Under the pieces are notes generated by a model, which was not told where the DNA came from, searched no databases, and saw only the letters and a program-made list of their open reading frames with translations. Below are positions 45,545-55,242 of a stretch of DNA of 64,000 nt, piece by piece. The DNA is from a virus. The position numbers and the translations under genes were made by a program. How positions within the stretch are numbered: position 1 is the stretch's first letter; the number at the start of each line of letters is the position of its first letter. The DNA lies in the IMG/VR virus record IMGVR_UViG_3300021475_000011, positions 3,534 through 67,533 of that record. One strand, written 5' to 3'.

Positions 45545-47203
45545 CTATTCGGTCTTGATCCCCCTGCACACGACGATGCCCGCGCCCGGACGGCGGTGGG
45601 CGATGTCGCCGATCAACTCAGCCCTGAAGAGGGTCTGACGGTTCTGGAAGGCGTTGATCCACGTCGTCCCCGCGTCGGGGGTGTAGGACGCCTCGCTTGA
45701 GCTGTCGAGGGTGAGCTCGCGGCTCTCGCCCACGTACAGGTTGTTCATGTCCACCAACGCGACGTAGGTGGCCGCCGAGCTCGTGCCCCTGGTGAGGTTC
45801 GACGGAATCTGCGTGGTCGTGTAGAAGGGAATCTTCCACAACGTCCCTGTGCGCTGGTCGGGGTTGACGGTCAACTGCCCGCTCTCCAACAGGTAGCGAC
45901 CCTCGTTGTCCTTCAAGCCCTCGAGCTGATTGATGAGGATGGGGTTGAAGAACCACGCGAGGCGCGGCTGCTGAAGGTTGAACGTGCGGTACGTGGCGAC
46001 GATGTTGCGGGCAATGTCGTCGTCGAAGAACGAACCGTTCGTTGCGATCCCCAGCCGGGTCGTCACATCGACGAGCGACCCGTTGTTCAGGATGCCGAGA
46101 GGCTGACCACCTTCGCCGGACCCCTGCAAGAAGCCGAGGTCCATACCCAGCGCCATGATGAGCACGAGGTCTTCACGGATGATCCGCTCTGCGTCCTCGA
46201 GGCCCACGCGCGATGTGTCACGCAAGAGCTGGTTGGACGCCGGCACCAACGCGGTGAGGCTGTGCGGCGAGAGCAGCGGCGTGTCGATGAAGCTCTCCTG
46301 CGAGGGCGGAGTCGCCGCGTTCTCCGTGCCCCAGTACACCGTGCCTGCGGCCGACAGGGCGACGCTGTGCAGCGACTTCCCGATCGGGATTGTGCGCGGG
46401 CCCGCGGCCATGACCACGGTCGCCGGGCGGAGCAGCGACAGAACGTCGCTCATCCACTCGGGCGGCACGAGGAACCCACCGCTCGCGTCGGTGCTCTCGG
46501 CGAGCGCCTTCAGCTCGAAGTCGCGGGCCATCCCGCGCTTCATGCGGTCGATCGCGCCCATGAACAGCGCGAAGCTCTTGCTCTCCATGAACTCCTTGAC
46601 GCCCTTGTCCACGCCACCGCGCAGCGTCTCGCGGTTCTGGACGGTCAGGCCCTTGCCCTGCTCGAGCTGCGCGGCGAAGTCCTCCGACGCGCCGGGGAAG
46701 ACGAGCCGCGACGGTGAGCGCACGTCCTTCAGGACGGCGGCCACAGCCTCGGACATCGGCTGACCCTGCATCGCCTTCTCGACCTCCTGCCGCATCATCG
46801 TCGCCATCGCCTCCTGCTGAGCGACCTGCGCGGCCTTCGTCTGCTCGACGACGCCGGCAGCGACCACGGCCATCGACTCACGCATCGAGTGGTCGGCCAG
46901 GGTCTTGCGGAGACGCTGAAGCTCCTGCTCCGGTGTCTCGTTCTCGGGGATCGCCGGCGCGGACTTCGCCGCCTCGGCGGCTGCGACGGCGGGGTCGGTG
47001 GCGCCCGGCGCGGCGGCCTGCCCGACGGCTGCCGCTGCTGCGGCGGCGTCGGCGCTCATCTGAGCGACTGCCTCGGGGGTCGTCCCCGACTTGGCGAGCT
47101 GGTCCCTGATCTGCTCGAGGACCGCCGTGGCGTCCTCGCCCATCGTCGGGAGGCCGCCGTGGAGCCGAATGTGCTCCGAGTACGTCATCGGTCGGCGCTT
47201 CAT
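45545..47203 (-). CDS. major capsid protein (HK97 fold) with N-terminal delta domain
   Basis: GGFLVPPE, LEGLKDNEGRYL, GTLWKIPF, NAFQNRQTLFRAE; GGAGG RBS; TAATCT -10 at 47327-47332. Confidence 0.93.
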   Translation of the reverse strand: MKRRPMTYSEHIRLHGGLPTMGEDATAVLEQIRDQLAKSGTTPEAVAQMSADAAAAAAAVGQAAAPGATDPAVAAAEAAKSAPAIPENETPEQELQRLRKTLADHSMRESMAVVAAGVVEQTKAAQVAQQEAMATMMRQEVEKAMQGQPMSEAVAAVLKDVRSPSRLVFPGASEDFAAQLEQGKGLTVQNRETLRGGVDKGVKEFMESKSFALFMGAIDRMKRGMARDFELKALAESTDASGGFLVPPEWMSDVLSLLRPATVVMAAGPRTIPIGKSLHSVALSAAGTVYWGTENAATPPSQESFIDTPLLSPHSLTALVPASNQLLRDTSRVGLEDAERIIREDLVLIMALGMDLGFLQGSGEGGQPLGILNNGSLVDVTTRLGIATNGSFFDDDIARNIVATYRTFNLQQPRLAWFFNPILINQLEGLKDNEGRYLLESGQLTVNPDQRTGTLWKIPFYTTTQIPSNLTRGTSSAATYVALVDMNNLYVGESRELTLDSSSEASYTPDAGTTWINAFQNRQTLFRAELIGDIAHRRPGAGIVVCRGIKTE

Positions 47204-47519
47204 TGAGTCCTCCAGTTATCGGCATGGGTGAACAGCCGACCCCTGGATGACCTCAATGGGAGCTTGCCGTGCGCAGTACGGTGGCCGCGCGCAGTAGCTC
47301 AGGCCGAGTCGCTTCTTGTGCGTCGCAGATTACCACCGGCCCGGACGGAACCGACGAGTCGTTTCACCGTCGCGTAAAACGTGAAACATCGCCGGCGGCG
47401 ACCGGGGCGGCTGTTAGCTTGCGCGCGTCAAGCGGCGGGCGCCGTGCTCGCCTCGAAGTGCAGCCGCAGGTCGAAGCTCGAAGGGCATCCTCCGCGCGCC
47501 GCACAGAATGGAGGAAGTC

Positions 47520-47723
47520 ATGCCCACGGGCAAGGTCAAGTGGTTCAGCGACGAGAAGGGCTTTGGGTTCATCACGCCCGACGACGGCGGGAAGGACTTG
47601 TTCGTCCACCACAGCGGCATCAACGCCGAGGGCCACCGCACGCTGAACGAGGGCGCGGCCGTCAGCTTCGACTCGGAGCAGGGCGCGAAGGGTCCGAAGG
47701 CCGTCAACGTGGTGGCGCTCTAG
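47520..47723 (+). CDS. cspA: cold-shock protein (CSD)
   Basis: [15 protein letters not shown]...DLFVHHS...GPKAVNV; GGAGG RBS. Confidence 0.96.
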   Translation: MPTGKVKWFSDEKGFGFITPDDGGKDLFVHHSGINAEGHRTLNEGAAVSFDSEQGAKGPKAVNVVAL

Positions 47724-47742
47724 CCACCTGCTCCACGGCGCC

Positions 47743-47997
47743 TCACACGCTCGTCCAGCGCCCGCGTGTGAGGTAGCCGTGGTAGCCGCCCGGCGATGTG
47801 TCGTGGATCGACGGGCTGACGGTCAGGCTGCCGTCCCACTCCTCCACGAACGTCCAGCGCTCATCGAGGCGCCCGAACACGCCGGTCGGCAGCGCGACCC
47901 ACAGCGCCTTCCCGCCGGCGGCGAGCATGTAGTCGCCCGGCTCGAACGCGCCGAAGTGATCTGAGAGCTTGCCGTCGGGTAGCCGACGGCCCTGCAC
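47743..47997 (-). CDS. DUF6527-like protein
   Basis: W...DGSLTVSPSI...YHGYLTRGRW. Confidence 0.6.
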   Translation of the reverse strand: MQGRRLPDGKLSDHFGAFEPGDYMLAAGGKALWVALPTGVFGRLDERWTFVEEWDGSLTVSPSIHDTSPGGYHGYLTRGRWTSV

Positions 47998-48003
47998 AGC
48001 CCG

Positions 48004-48204
48004 CTAGGAGACGCAGACGTGGACTGTGCGGTGCGCGAACGTGCGCCCGCGCCATTGCCACCACTTGCCGCGCACGATGTCCGTGTGGTCGTCTGAGCGG
48101 AAGTGGTTGCCGTGACCGCCGGCGGCGATGTCGGACTCCTTCACGCTCTGGCCGTGCGTCGAGGTCATGGGCACGGGGATGATGAGGCTCAGCAGGTAGC
48201 GCAT
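48004..48204 (-). CDS. hypothetical protein
   Basis: AAGGAG RBS, MRYLLSL... Confidence 0.5.
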   Translation of the reverse strand: MRYLLSLIIPVPMTSTHGQSVKESDIAAGGHGNHFRSDDHTDIVRGKWWQWRGRTFAHRTVHVCVS

Positions 48205-48217
48205 GGCGATGGCTCCT

Positions 48218-48508
48218 TCAGGTTCGCAGGATGTCAACGGTGGATGTGTCGGTGCCGCCAGTGATGGCGAACAGACGGGCCCGCGGTGACACGACGATCG
48301 TCAGCGGCGGGTCTTCGGGCTTCAGCAGGAACCCCGTCGAGCTCGTCACGGACCCGTTGCCGATGTAGACGTTCTTGGACCCCGTGTTGCGGAGCACCGC
48401 GCGGCTGCCGCCCATCGGGCCGTCTTCGACGACGAGCTCCGTGGCAGCGTTCGTGACGGCGATCTGCGCCGAGCCGATGAGCGGGAGAACGGTGGGAGCT
48501 TCAGGCAT
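48218..48508 (-). CDS. small beta-rich structural (decoration-like) protein
   Basis: LRNTGSKNVYIG...VTSSTGFLLKP. Confidence 0.55.
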   Translation of the reverse strand: MPEAPTVLPLIGSAQIAVTNAATELVVEDGPMGGSRAVLRNTGSKNVYIGNGSVTSSTGFLLKPEDPPLTIVVSPRARLFAITGGTDTSTVDILRT

Positions 48509-48512
48509 GACC

Positions 48513-49814
48513 TCAGCCTATCGGAGCGGTCGCGGTGGCGGGCGGGAGCGCTGCCTGCTCGATGATCGTGCTGTGGCTCTCGCCATCGCCGGCGCTCGCG
48601 GGCGCATCGGGGAGCTGGTCGAGGATCGACTTCAACGTCGCCTGCGCCTGCGCCACCTGCTCCATCGCGTCGCGGATCGTCTTCTCGTTCGACTTCGAGA
48701 GGACCCGTCCGGCCTTCATCACGACCTGCGCGCCCTTGGCCTTGCTCATGGCCGTGGTCACGGCCTCCAAGCGCGCGAGCGGCGACTGCACAGCCTTCGC
48801 GCGCTCGAACTCGTCGAAGTCCGGGGCTTCCGCGCCAGCGGCCTTGTAGACGGCGGCCAGCATCCGGTAGCGCTCCTCGAGGTCGGGCTTCTTCATCCCG
48901 ACGAGCTCGGGGTCGCTCAGCTCGGCGATCCCCGTCACCTGCTCCATCTGCTCGATGACCGAAGGCGTCAGGTGGGCCTTCACCACGTCGAGGCCCTTGA
49001 TCGCCTTCACGGCCACGGTGAAGATGCTCGTCTCGTTCGCGGGGATCGACACGACGCTTATCTCGCACAGTTCGACCTTGACGATGACGGGCGACTCAAG
49101 GTCCGAGTCCCACATCAGCGTCATGTAGCCGCCGATCGAGAACGTGCGGACGATGCCCTGCGCCATCTTGTTGTACGCCAGGTGCAGCCACGCCGGCTCG
49201 TTTTCAGCGGGCTTCGGGATGACCGCTTCGATGTAGAGGCCGGTGTCGTCCGTCTCCGCCTTCGTGACGCTGCCGAACGGGCAGTCCTGATCGTGCTGCC
49301 ACAGCATGATCGGGTTGTTCTTCAGGTACGCTTCGAGCGACCCGTCGAAGGCTTCGGGATGGATGCACTCCCCGTCGCGGTCGATGCCCCACGTCGAGGC
49401 ATAGCCGCTGATTACGAGGTCGCCCTTGCTCGGGCTGAGCTGCTTTGTGAACGGCACATCGACGCGGAACTCCTTGCGTTCCGTGCGCTTGCCGTCCGGC
49501 ACCGGCGCCGTCTTCACGCTGTCCGGCGGGTCGGTCCCGATGTCGTGGTAGGCCGAGCGGAGCTTGCCCTTCGCCGCGTTGATCGCGGTGTCGCAGGCAT
49601 CCGTCACGCTCGACAGGCGCCCGGCCGCGGCGGCGACGCCTTTGCTGTTGATGTCGCCGTTCGGTTCCTTGAACGGCAGCGAGCAGCGCTCCTTCGGCGG
49701 CTTGTCCTCCCACTCGGTCGAGCAATTCTTACGATCGAGGGCGCACGCTGCCTCCCACTCTGCGTCGGTGTAACGGCTGGCCGAGCCGTCCCACGCTGTA
49801 TCGACGACAGTCAC
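48513..49814 (-). CDS. HK97-family prohead protease with N-terminal extension
   Basis: ISGYASTWGIDRDGE, MLWQHD, FSIGG, EISVVSIPAN; leaderless TAAGGT-N7-GTG. Confidence 0.92.
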   Translation of the reverse strand: MTVVDTAWDGSASRYTDAEWEAACALDRKNCSTEWEDKPPKERCSLPFKEPNGDINSKGVAAAAGRLSSVTDACDTAINAAKGKLRSAYHDIGTDPPDSVKTAPVPDGKRTERKEFRVDVPFTKQLSPSKGDLVISGYASTWGIDRDGECIHPEAFDGSLEAYLKNNPIMLWQHDQDCPFGSVTKAETDDTGLYIEAVIPKPAENEPAWLHLAYNKMAQGIVRTFSIGGYMTLMWDSDLESPVIVKVELCEISVVSIPANETSIFTVAVKAIKGLDVVKAHLTPSVIEQMEQVTGIAELSDPELVGMKKPDLEERYRMLAAVYKAAGAEAPDFDEFERAKAVQSPLARLEAVTTAMSKAKGAQVVMKAGRVLSKSNEKTIRDAMEQVAQAQATLKSILDQLPDAPASAGDGESHSTIIEQAALPPATATAPIG

Positions 49815-49851
49815 GGCCGCGACCTTACACCCTCGGCGCGACGGATGGCGC

Positions 49852-50604
49852 TCAGCACAGCACTTCCAGTCCGAGCGCTTCTATGCAGACGCCGAGCGGG
49901 CCGTGTTTCTTCGGGGGTTCCGCTGGCGGCGCTGGCGTCGTCGTCGTCGGCGTGGTGCTGGTCACGGTCGGCGGTTCCACGAGCGGGGGCGCCGAGCTCG
50001 TGGTCGCCGGTGGCGGCGCGGCTGGCGTGATGCTCGCCGGCGTCGTAGTGGTGACGGTCGTGGCCGGCGTCGTCGTCGTGGACGGTGCGGTTTTTCCCGC
50101 AGGGCCTCGGCTGCCTGCCGGGCCTCGCGCGCCACGATGCCCTGCCGTCGGCGGCGTCGCTTCGCGTTCGATGCGCGGCGTGGCGTTCGGCGGCTCAGAC
50201 TGGCCGCCGTGTTCGAGCTGATGCAGCAGCGTCTTCGGCGACGGTCCACGGTCAGCCTTCGGGATCGTGGGCTCGGGGATCGCCAGGCACGTTTCGCTCG
50301 ACGGGATGCTGAGCACGAGCAGAAGGGCACGTTCGAGGATCACCGCGCGCTGCGGGTCGTGTTCAGCGCCGGCTTCCCTGCGCGCCTTCAGCGCCGGCAG
50401 CCCGGTCGTCAGGTCGTACTTCTTCAGCTTGCACAGGATGTCGAGGCCGACCTTCACACCCGACGCCTGTTCGCTGAGCCGCGTCTTGTTCGATTCGGCC
50501 AGCCCTTCGGTGCGGATCACGGTCAGGATCAGCACGACGATCACGACCGCGCCGACGCCCGCCATCAGGCCGAGCACAGCAGCGAACAGGCGAGCGTGCT
50601 TCAT
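49852..50604 (-). CDS. membrane-anchored Pro/Thr-rich protein with short collagen-like stretch
   Basis: N-terminal TM helix; GHRGARGPAGSRGPAG; P/T linker. Confidence 0.6.
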   Translation of the reverse strand: MKHARLFAAVLGLMAGVGAVVIVVLILTVIRTEGLAESNKTRLSEQASGVKVGLDILCKLKKYDLTTGLPALKARREAGAEHDPQRAVILERALLLVLSIPSSETCLAIPEPTIPKADRGPSPKTLLHQLEHGGQSEPPNATPRIEREATPPTAGHRGARGPAGSRGPAGKTAPSTTTTPATTVTTTTPASITPAAPPPATTSSAPPLVEPPTVTSTTPTTTTPAPPAEPPKKHGPLGVCIEALGLEVLC

Positions 50605-50918
50605 CAGTGGCCGCCCGTCACGATGGCCGTCACGATCGCCGTCACGATGCCGCCCGTCACAGCGCTGATGATGCCCACCTTGATCGCGGCGGCGCGCGCC
50701 TGCGCTTCTTCGATGGGCTTGCCGACGGCCTTGGCGATGTCCTTGCGCAGCCCCTCGACGCTGCGGCCGTGGGTAGCCAGATCACCGCTCAGCGACTCCA
50801 TGCGCTCGCCGAGCACGCCGACCTGATCGACGACAGGGATCATGCGCTCGACCTGACGCTGCAAGTCGTCGAGCCGGTCGTCGTTCCACCGCGCGCGGTC
50901 ACGATCAACGACCGCCAT
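50604..50918 (-). CDS. coiled-coil protein with C-terminal TM helix
   Basis: RWNDDRLDDL...; IISAVTGGIVTAIVTAIV. Confidence 0.65.
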   Translation of the reverse strand: MAVVDRDRARWNDDRLDDLQRQVERMIPVVDQVGVLGERMESLSGDLATHGRSVEGLRKDIAKAVGKPIEEAQARAAAIKVGIISAVTGGIVTAIVTAIVTGGH

Positions 50919-50941
50919 AGGACACACCCATGTCCATGCTC

Positions 50942-53560
50942 TTACCCGCCACCTTCGACGGCTTCACCCATGCTGCCGTCGCTCGTGACCGGCGCGAACG
51001 ACCTCACACAGTTGGGGTGCGCCACGGGTTCTAGTTCGGCCTGCTCCATGCTCCACGTCGAGCCGTTGGCCGCTGCACACTCCTCGTCCGTCTCACCGTC
51101 GAGCACGTAGACCTGACTCAGCCCGGCTTCGCGGTACGCCGCCGTGGTGGCGCCGTTGAAGATGAAAGCGCTCTCTGTCCGCGCGATCGTCTCAGCTCGA
51201 GCATCGCTCGCGCCGAAGACGCCCTGCACACCGGGGAAGTTCTCCTTCGGGACTCCCTGCGCGATCTGCCGCACGCTGTAGCCACGTTCAGCGGCCACGC
51301 TCAGGATTTCGCCGAGCGCCGAGCGCGTGGTGTCGTTGATGCGCGTCACCTTCGCCGCGATCTGCTGGCGCTGGCGCTGCACGTAGGGGTTCGCCTCTTC
51401 CCACTTCGAGTCGGTCCCGACGATGCCGGCGGGCACGCTGATCGCCTGCTGGCCGAACGTGTCGATCGCGGGCAGGTACAGGTCGTGGAGAAGCTGATCC
51501 TCTTGTTCGGTGGGGAACAGCGATTCGTCGCTGATGTCCTTCCGGCTGAGCAGCCCGGTCGGTGTGCCGTGCGCGGTCTTCGTCGGCCCGTAAGCGCCGA
51601 GCCGCGCGAGGATGCGCGCCTGCTGCCCGTCGAGGTACGCCTTGAACAGCGGCTTCAGGAGGTCAACGCCCTTCTGGATCGTCGCGGGGTGAGCGTCGAA
51701 AAGCTGCTGCACATGACGGTGCTCGACGTTCGGCGGCAAGCTGCTGGCCGCGGGCATCGTCAGGTTCTCCATCGGGCCAGAGCCAGCACCCACAACGCCC
51801 TTCATCACCGCGTCGTCGCTGGCCTTCAGCACGGACATGACGCCGGCCGCGAGCTTCACGGGCGGCAGCGTCGCGCCAGGTGGCGGCGGGAGCTCGCCCA
51901 CGATGCGGCGGAGCTGCGCGACCTCGGCGTTCACGCGCTCCTCCTGCGCCGCCTTGACGTAGGGCTGCCAAACCTCGGGCAGCGCGGCGGCCTTGTCGGC
52001 ATCGGGCGAGCCAAGCAGCTCCGCGATCGTCTCGCGCATCACGAGCTCGGCCGACTTCTTGCCGCCCGTTTCTTCGCCGGCGGGCTCGCTCGGCGCGCCG
52101 TTCGGCGGCTCGTCGTCGCTCGCACCGCGGGGCTGATCCTCGTCGCCCGGTTCGTCCTCGTTGCCCTCGCTGCCTTCCTCGTCGTCGCCGCTGCCAATCG
52201 TGGTGATCGTGTCGTCCTCGTCGTCTTCCTCGCCTTCGGGGTCTTCGAGCGTGGTGTCCGGCCCGAGCTGCACGGTTTTCGCCTCCCACAGCTTGCGGGC
52301 GAAGATGACCTTGTTCAAGATCAGCGGCTCGTTCGCCCACTCCTCGTCAACTTCCGGTAGGCCCTGCATGTCGAGCATCTGATTGATCGTCGTGCCGGTG
52401 CCGGCGCTCTTGGCAGCCCGTTCGATCTTGACGCTGTGAGGCTCGGCGTAGGCCACGTCCACGTCGAACGCGATGTCGCCCCACCGCGAGGTCAGTTCGA
52501 GCGTCATCATCTGCTCGAAGTCCTTGACGCGGGGGTCCATCGTCTTGTCCGCGAACGTGAATTGCGCCTCTTCCATCTTGTAGTTCGCGTTTTCCATCGT
52601 GCCGCCCAGCAGCGGGTCAGGCACGCCGAAGCCCTTGAGGATGCGGTCCTTGCTCAGCCCGGCCAGCTCCACGACGCCGGCGGCGGCGGGCGCCTGTGTG
52701 ATCGGCTTGTAGTCCATCGCCTTCTCCGCGAGCAGCACCTTGAAGGCGTTGGCCGCGCCGCCGTACTCGCTGTTGAACTGATCTTGCAGCCGCTCGAAAA
52801 CGTGGTCCGGCATGTTCGAGTCGATCGTGAGCACGCCGCCGATCCGCGCGCCGTTCTGGAAGAAGCCGATCACATGGTCCTGCACGCCAATCTCCAAATC
52901 CATCTCTCGGATCAGCGCCTCAACGGTCCCCATCCCGTAGATCGGGTCGAGCGGGTTGTCAGTTCGGAAGTGGATTATTTCGTCGAGCGTGTAGGGGATT
53001 CGCTTGCCCTGAATCTCGTACACGTAGCCCTTCTTCACGCCGCTGTTGTCGGTCACGATCCGCACGCGCTCGGGCTGCAAGCGGTAGAGCCGCTGCGGCT
53101 GGCCGAGCAGGTTCATCCCGTCCTCGTACCAATAGCTATTGCCGACGAGCTCAAGGTCGGTCTGCATCGCCCGCGCCATGCGCGCGTAGGTCTGCGACTC
53201 GTTCGGGAACCTGACCACTTGCAGCAGGTCCGCCGGGACCTTCTTCTCGTCGATCGGCTCGTCGGTCAGGCTGTTGACGAACTGATGCGGGTAGCGGCTC
53301 AGGCTGTTGGCTATCAGCTTCGTGCAGGCGTACACCCACGTCACGCTGTTGCCCTGCCCGCCGTAGGTCTGCTCGGCGCGCAGCGACCGTTGCAGCCGGT
53401 TATACATCGAGCCGAACAGGCCGCTCGGGTTCGACCATCCGATCTGCGAGTAAGGCGCGCCCTGGTAAGGCGTCACCTGCTTGGACAGTTCCTCGTTCGT
53501 CAGAGCACCGATGCCGGCCTTCGGGTTATCGCCCGTCGAAAGTCGGACAAGTCCCCTCAT
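50942..53560 (-). CDS. portal protein fused to MuF (phage_Mu_F) head morphogenesis domain
   Basis: VYACTKLIA, LVGNSY, IIHFR..NP...YG, FGVP; C-terminal RAETIARTES...HPNCVRS; promoter GTGAAA-N17-TACGAT (53593-53621). Confidence 0.92.
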   Translation of the reverse strand: MRGLVRLSTGDNPKAGIGALTNEELSKQVTPYQGAPYSQIGWSNPSGLFGSMYNRLQRSLRAEQTYGGQGNSVTWVYACTKLIANSLSRYPHQFVNSLTDEPIDEKKVPADLLQVVRFPNESQTYARMARAMQTDLELVGNSYWYEDGMNLLGQPQRLYRLQPERVRIVTDNSGVKKGYVYEIQGKRIPYTLDEIIHFRTDNPLDPIYGMGTVEALIREMDLEIGVQDHVIGFFQNGARIGGVLTIDSNMPDHVFERLQDQFNSEYGGAANAFKVLLAEKAMDYKPITQAPAAAGVVELAGLSKDRILKGFGVPDPLLGGTMENANYKMEEAQFTFADKTMDPRVKDFEQMMTLELTSRWGDIAFDVDVAYAEPHSVKIERAAKSAGTGTTINQMLDMQGLPEVDEEWANEPLILNKVIFARKLWEAKTVQLGPDTTLEDPEGEEDDEDDTITTIGSGDDEEGSEGNEDEPGDEDQPRGASDDEPPNGAPSEPAGEETGGKKSAELVMRETIAELLGSPDADKAAALPEVWQPYVKAAQEERVNAEVAQLRRIVGELPPPPGATLPPVKLAAGVMSVLKASDDAVMKGVVGAGSGPMENLTMPAASSLPPNVEHRHVQQLFDAHPATIQKGVDLLKPLFKAYLDGQQARILARLGAYGPTKTAHGTPTGLLSRKDISDESLFPTEQEDQLLHDLYLPAIDTFGQQAISVPAGIVGTDSKWEEANPYVQRQRQQIAAKVTRINDTTRSALGEILSVAAERGYSVRQIAQGVPKENFPGVQGVFGASDARAETIARTESAFIFNGATTAAYREAGLSQVYVLDGETDEECAAANGSTWSMEQAELEPVAHPNCVRSFAPVTSDGSMGEAVEGGG

Positions 53561-53662
53561 CAGCCCTGCCAGCTCCGCGCGCGCACGCCTGCATCGTAGG
53601 GTGTCGAGCGGCCATTTTCACCGCGCCGACACAGGGCCTTGCGACTTGTCCGGCGTGTACGC

Positions 53663-53923
53663 TCAGCCCGTCGTGGGCGGCTTGCCGAGCTGCACGTCCG
53701 TCGTCCTGATTGACACCGGCGGGTGCGAGCCGCCCCACACGATCAGCTCGACGTTCTCGCCGGCGGCTATCGCCGCGCGCTCCTCGTCGCTCGGCTCCCA
53801 TGTCGAGCAGATCACAGGCTGCCCGCCCTCCGCTTCCTTCACCGCGAACCACAGGTCGTTGTCCTCGTTGCCGCCCGGCAGGCGTAGGACGTTCTGCGAC
53901 TCGTGCGTGCGGCGCGGCTTCAC
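53663..53923 (-). CDS. conserved phage hypothetical protein
   Basis: STWEPSDEERAAIAAG..V.L...G..HPPV. Confidence 0.65.
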   Translation of the reverse strand: MKPRRTHESQNVLRLPGGNEDNDLWFAVKEAEGGQPVICSTWEPSDEERAAIAAGENVELIVWGGSHPPVSIRTTDVQLGKPPTTG

Positions 53924-54354
53924 TCAGGCGTCCAGATCGAGCGCCGCGGGCCCTGACCGCTCACATCGCGCGTCACACCGAACTCGAAGCTGCTGGCATC
54001 GAGGAACGAATCGCCGTTGCCGCACAGCTCGCACGGCATCGTCGGACACGGCTTGCCCGTCCGTGACCGGCAGGCCACGCCATCGGCCCACGCCTCGCCG
54101 CCATCGACCTCTTCTACGCCCTCCGGTAGATCGTCGGGGGGGGGCACGAACAGCAGCGTGCCCGCGTGCAGGTGGACCGTCACGCCGAGGTCGCGCACGC
54201 CCTCCACGATCGCGGTCAGGTTCAGCACGTCGGCCGGCGGCACGATGATCGACCACTCGCTCGGGCCAACCTCCTGCGTCGTGACGCCCATCGCCGCGTT
54301 GATCTTCAGGCCCTCAAGCACCCGCAGGATTTCGAGACAGAGCTGTTCGCTCAC
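53920..54354 (-). CDS. hypothetical protein
   Basis: Coupled ORF; Cys-rich C-terminus. Confidence 0.55.
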   Translation of the reverse strand: MSEQLCLEILRVLEGLKINAAMGVTTQEVGPSEWSIIVPPADVLNLTAIVEGVRDLGVTVHLHAGTLLFVPPPDDLPEGVEEVDGGEAWADGVACRSRTGKPCPTMPCELCGNGDSFLDASSFEFGVTRDVSGQGPRRSIWTPE

Positions 54355-54548
54355 GAGCTGCGCTCAGCCGCTTCTTCGGCCGCGCGCAGCCACAGGCAGA
54401 CGCACACCACGACGACGAGCAAGAACGTCCACCAACAGATCGGGCCGACGAGCATCCACGCCACGTCCGGGTACTGCCACGCAGCGATGCCGGCAGGCAC
54501 GCCGTACATCACGATCAACGTCCACAGCAGGATCGTTCCCAAGCTCAT
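54351..54548 (-). CDS. small membrane protein
   Basis: Two hydrophobic helices. Confidence 0.6.
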   Translation of the reverse strand: MSLGTILLWTLIVMYGVPAGIAAWQYPDVAWMLVGPICWWTFLLVVVVCVCLWLRAAEEAAERSS

Positions 54549-54841
54549 GCCGCCGCGCGCAGCTCGGCCAGCTCGAGGTCCGCGCGAGCGCGGCGCCGGC
54601 GGATTTCGTCGGTCAGCAGCTCAGGCGGCGACAGGCTCGGGTCCAGCGCCGTCGGGTTCATGGGGATGTCCACCACGACCGGGCCACCGCTCGCCTTGCG
54701 CACGACCTTGACCTCGATCGCTCCGTCATACGACGCGGCGCTGAACGTGAAGTCGGCAGGGTCGCCCCACGCCTCGACGACGCGCGCGAGCGCGAGCGAA
54801 GCCAGCTCGGAATCCGGGCGGTCGATCACAGCGCTACTCAC
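54545..54841 (-). CDS. hypothetical protein
   Basis: Coupled ORF. Confidence 0.55.
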   Translation of the reverse strand: MSSAVIDRPDSELASLALARVVEAWGDPADFTFSAASYDGAIEVKVVRKASGGPVVVDIPMNPTALDPSLSPPELLTDEIRRRRARADLELAELRAAA

Positions 54842-55202
54842 TGAGGAACGCCCCCTTCGCGGCAGCGTGAGCCGCCTTCGCTGCGGCCGGGTCGATCCGG
54901 CCATAGCTCGTCAGGGCAGCCGTGACCGCCTCCGCGACACGATCGGCAAGGTTGCCCTCGACGATCCGGTCGAACGCAGCGTCGAGCTCGGCGCGGTAGC
55001 TCTCGACCGCGCCCTCAGCCACGCCGAGGTCGAACGACGGCGACGCCAGGATCATGCACGGCGTCTCGGGGAACGTCTCGCGCACGGTGCCAGCGATGCC
55101 CTCGATGACGTGCATGGGCGCGTTCTCGGGCACGCTGAGCACGAGCACGTCGCCCTCACTCACTCGCAGCCGCTTCACGTCGTCCAGCTCAATGCTCGCC
55201 AT
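54834..55202 (-). CDS. hypothetical protein
   Basis: LRVSEGDVLVL...; first gene after the operator at 55226. Confidence 0.6.
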   Translation of the reverse strand: MASIELDDVKRLRVSEGDVLVLSVPENAPMHVIEGIAGTVRETFPETPCMILASPSFDLGVAEGAVESYRAELDAAFDRIVEGNLADRVAEAVTAALTSYGRIDPAAAKAAHAAAKGAFLSE

Positions 55203-55225
55203 AGCTCACCAACCCGCGTCGAAGT

Positions 55226-55242
55226 TGTCAGGCAGTTTGACA
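55226..55242. promoter_or_regulatory. TGTCA-N7-TGACA operator over a -10 box
   Basis: TGTCAggcagttTGACA; minus strand reads TGt-CAAACT. Confidence 0.7.

Noticed and set aside
47204-47510. tRNA or known riboswitch in the capsid/cspA intergenic region
   Set aside because: No cloverleaf or recognisable aptamer consensus by eye; better explained as divergent promoters and 5' UTRs
48099-48108. GGAAGTGGTT resembling the leader motif
   Set aside because: It lies inside a CDS with no promoter or hairpin context and is probably chance
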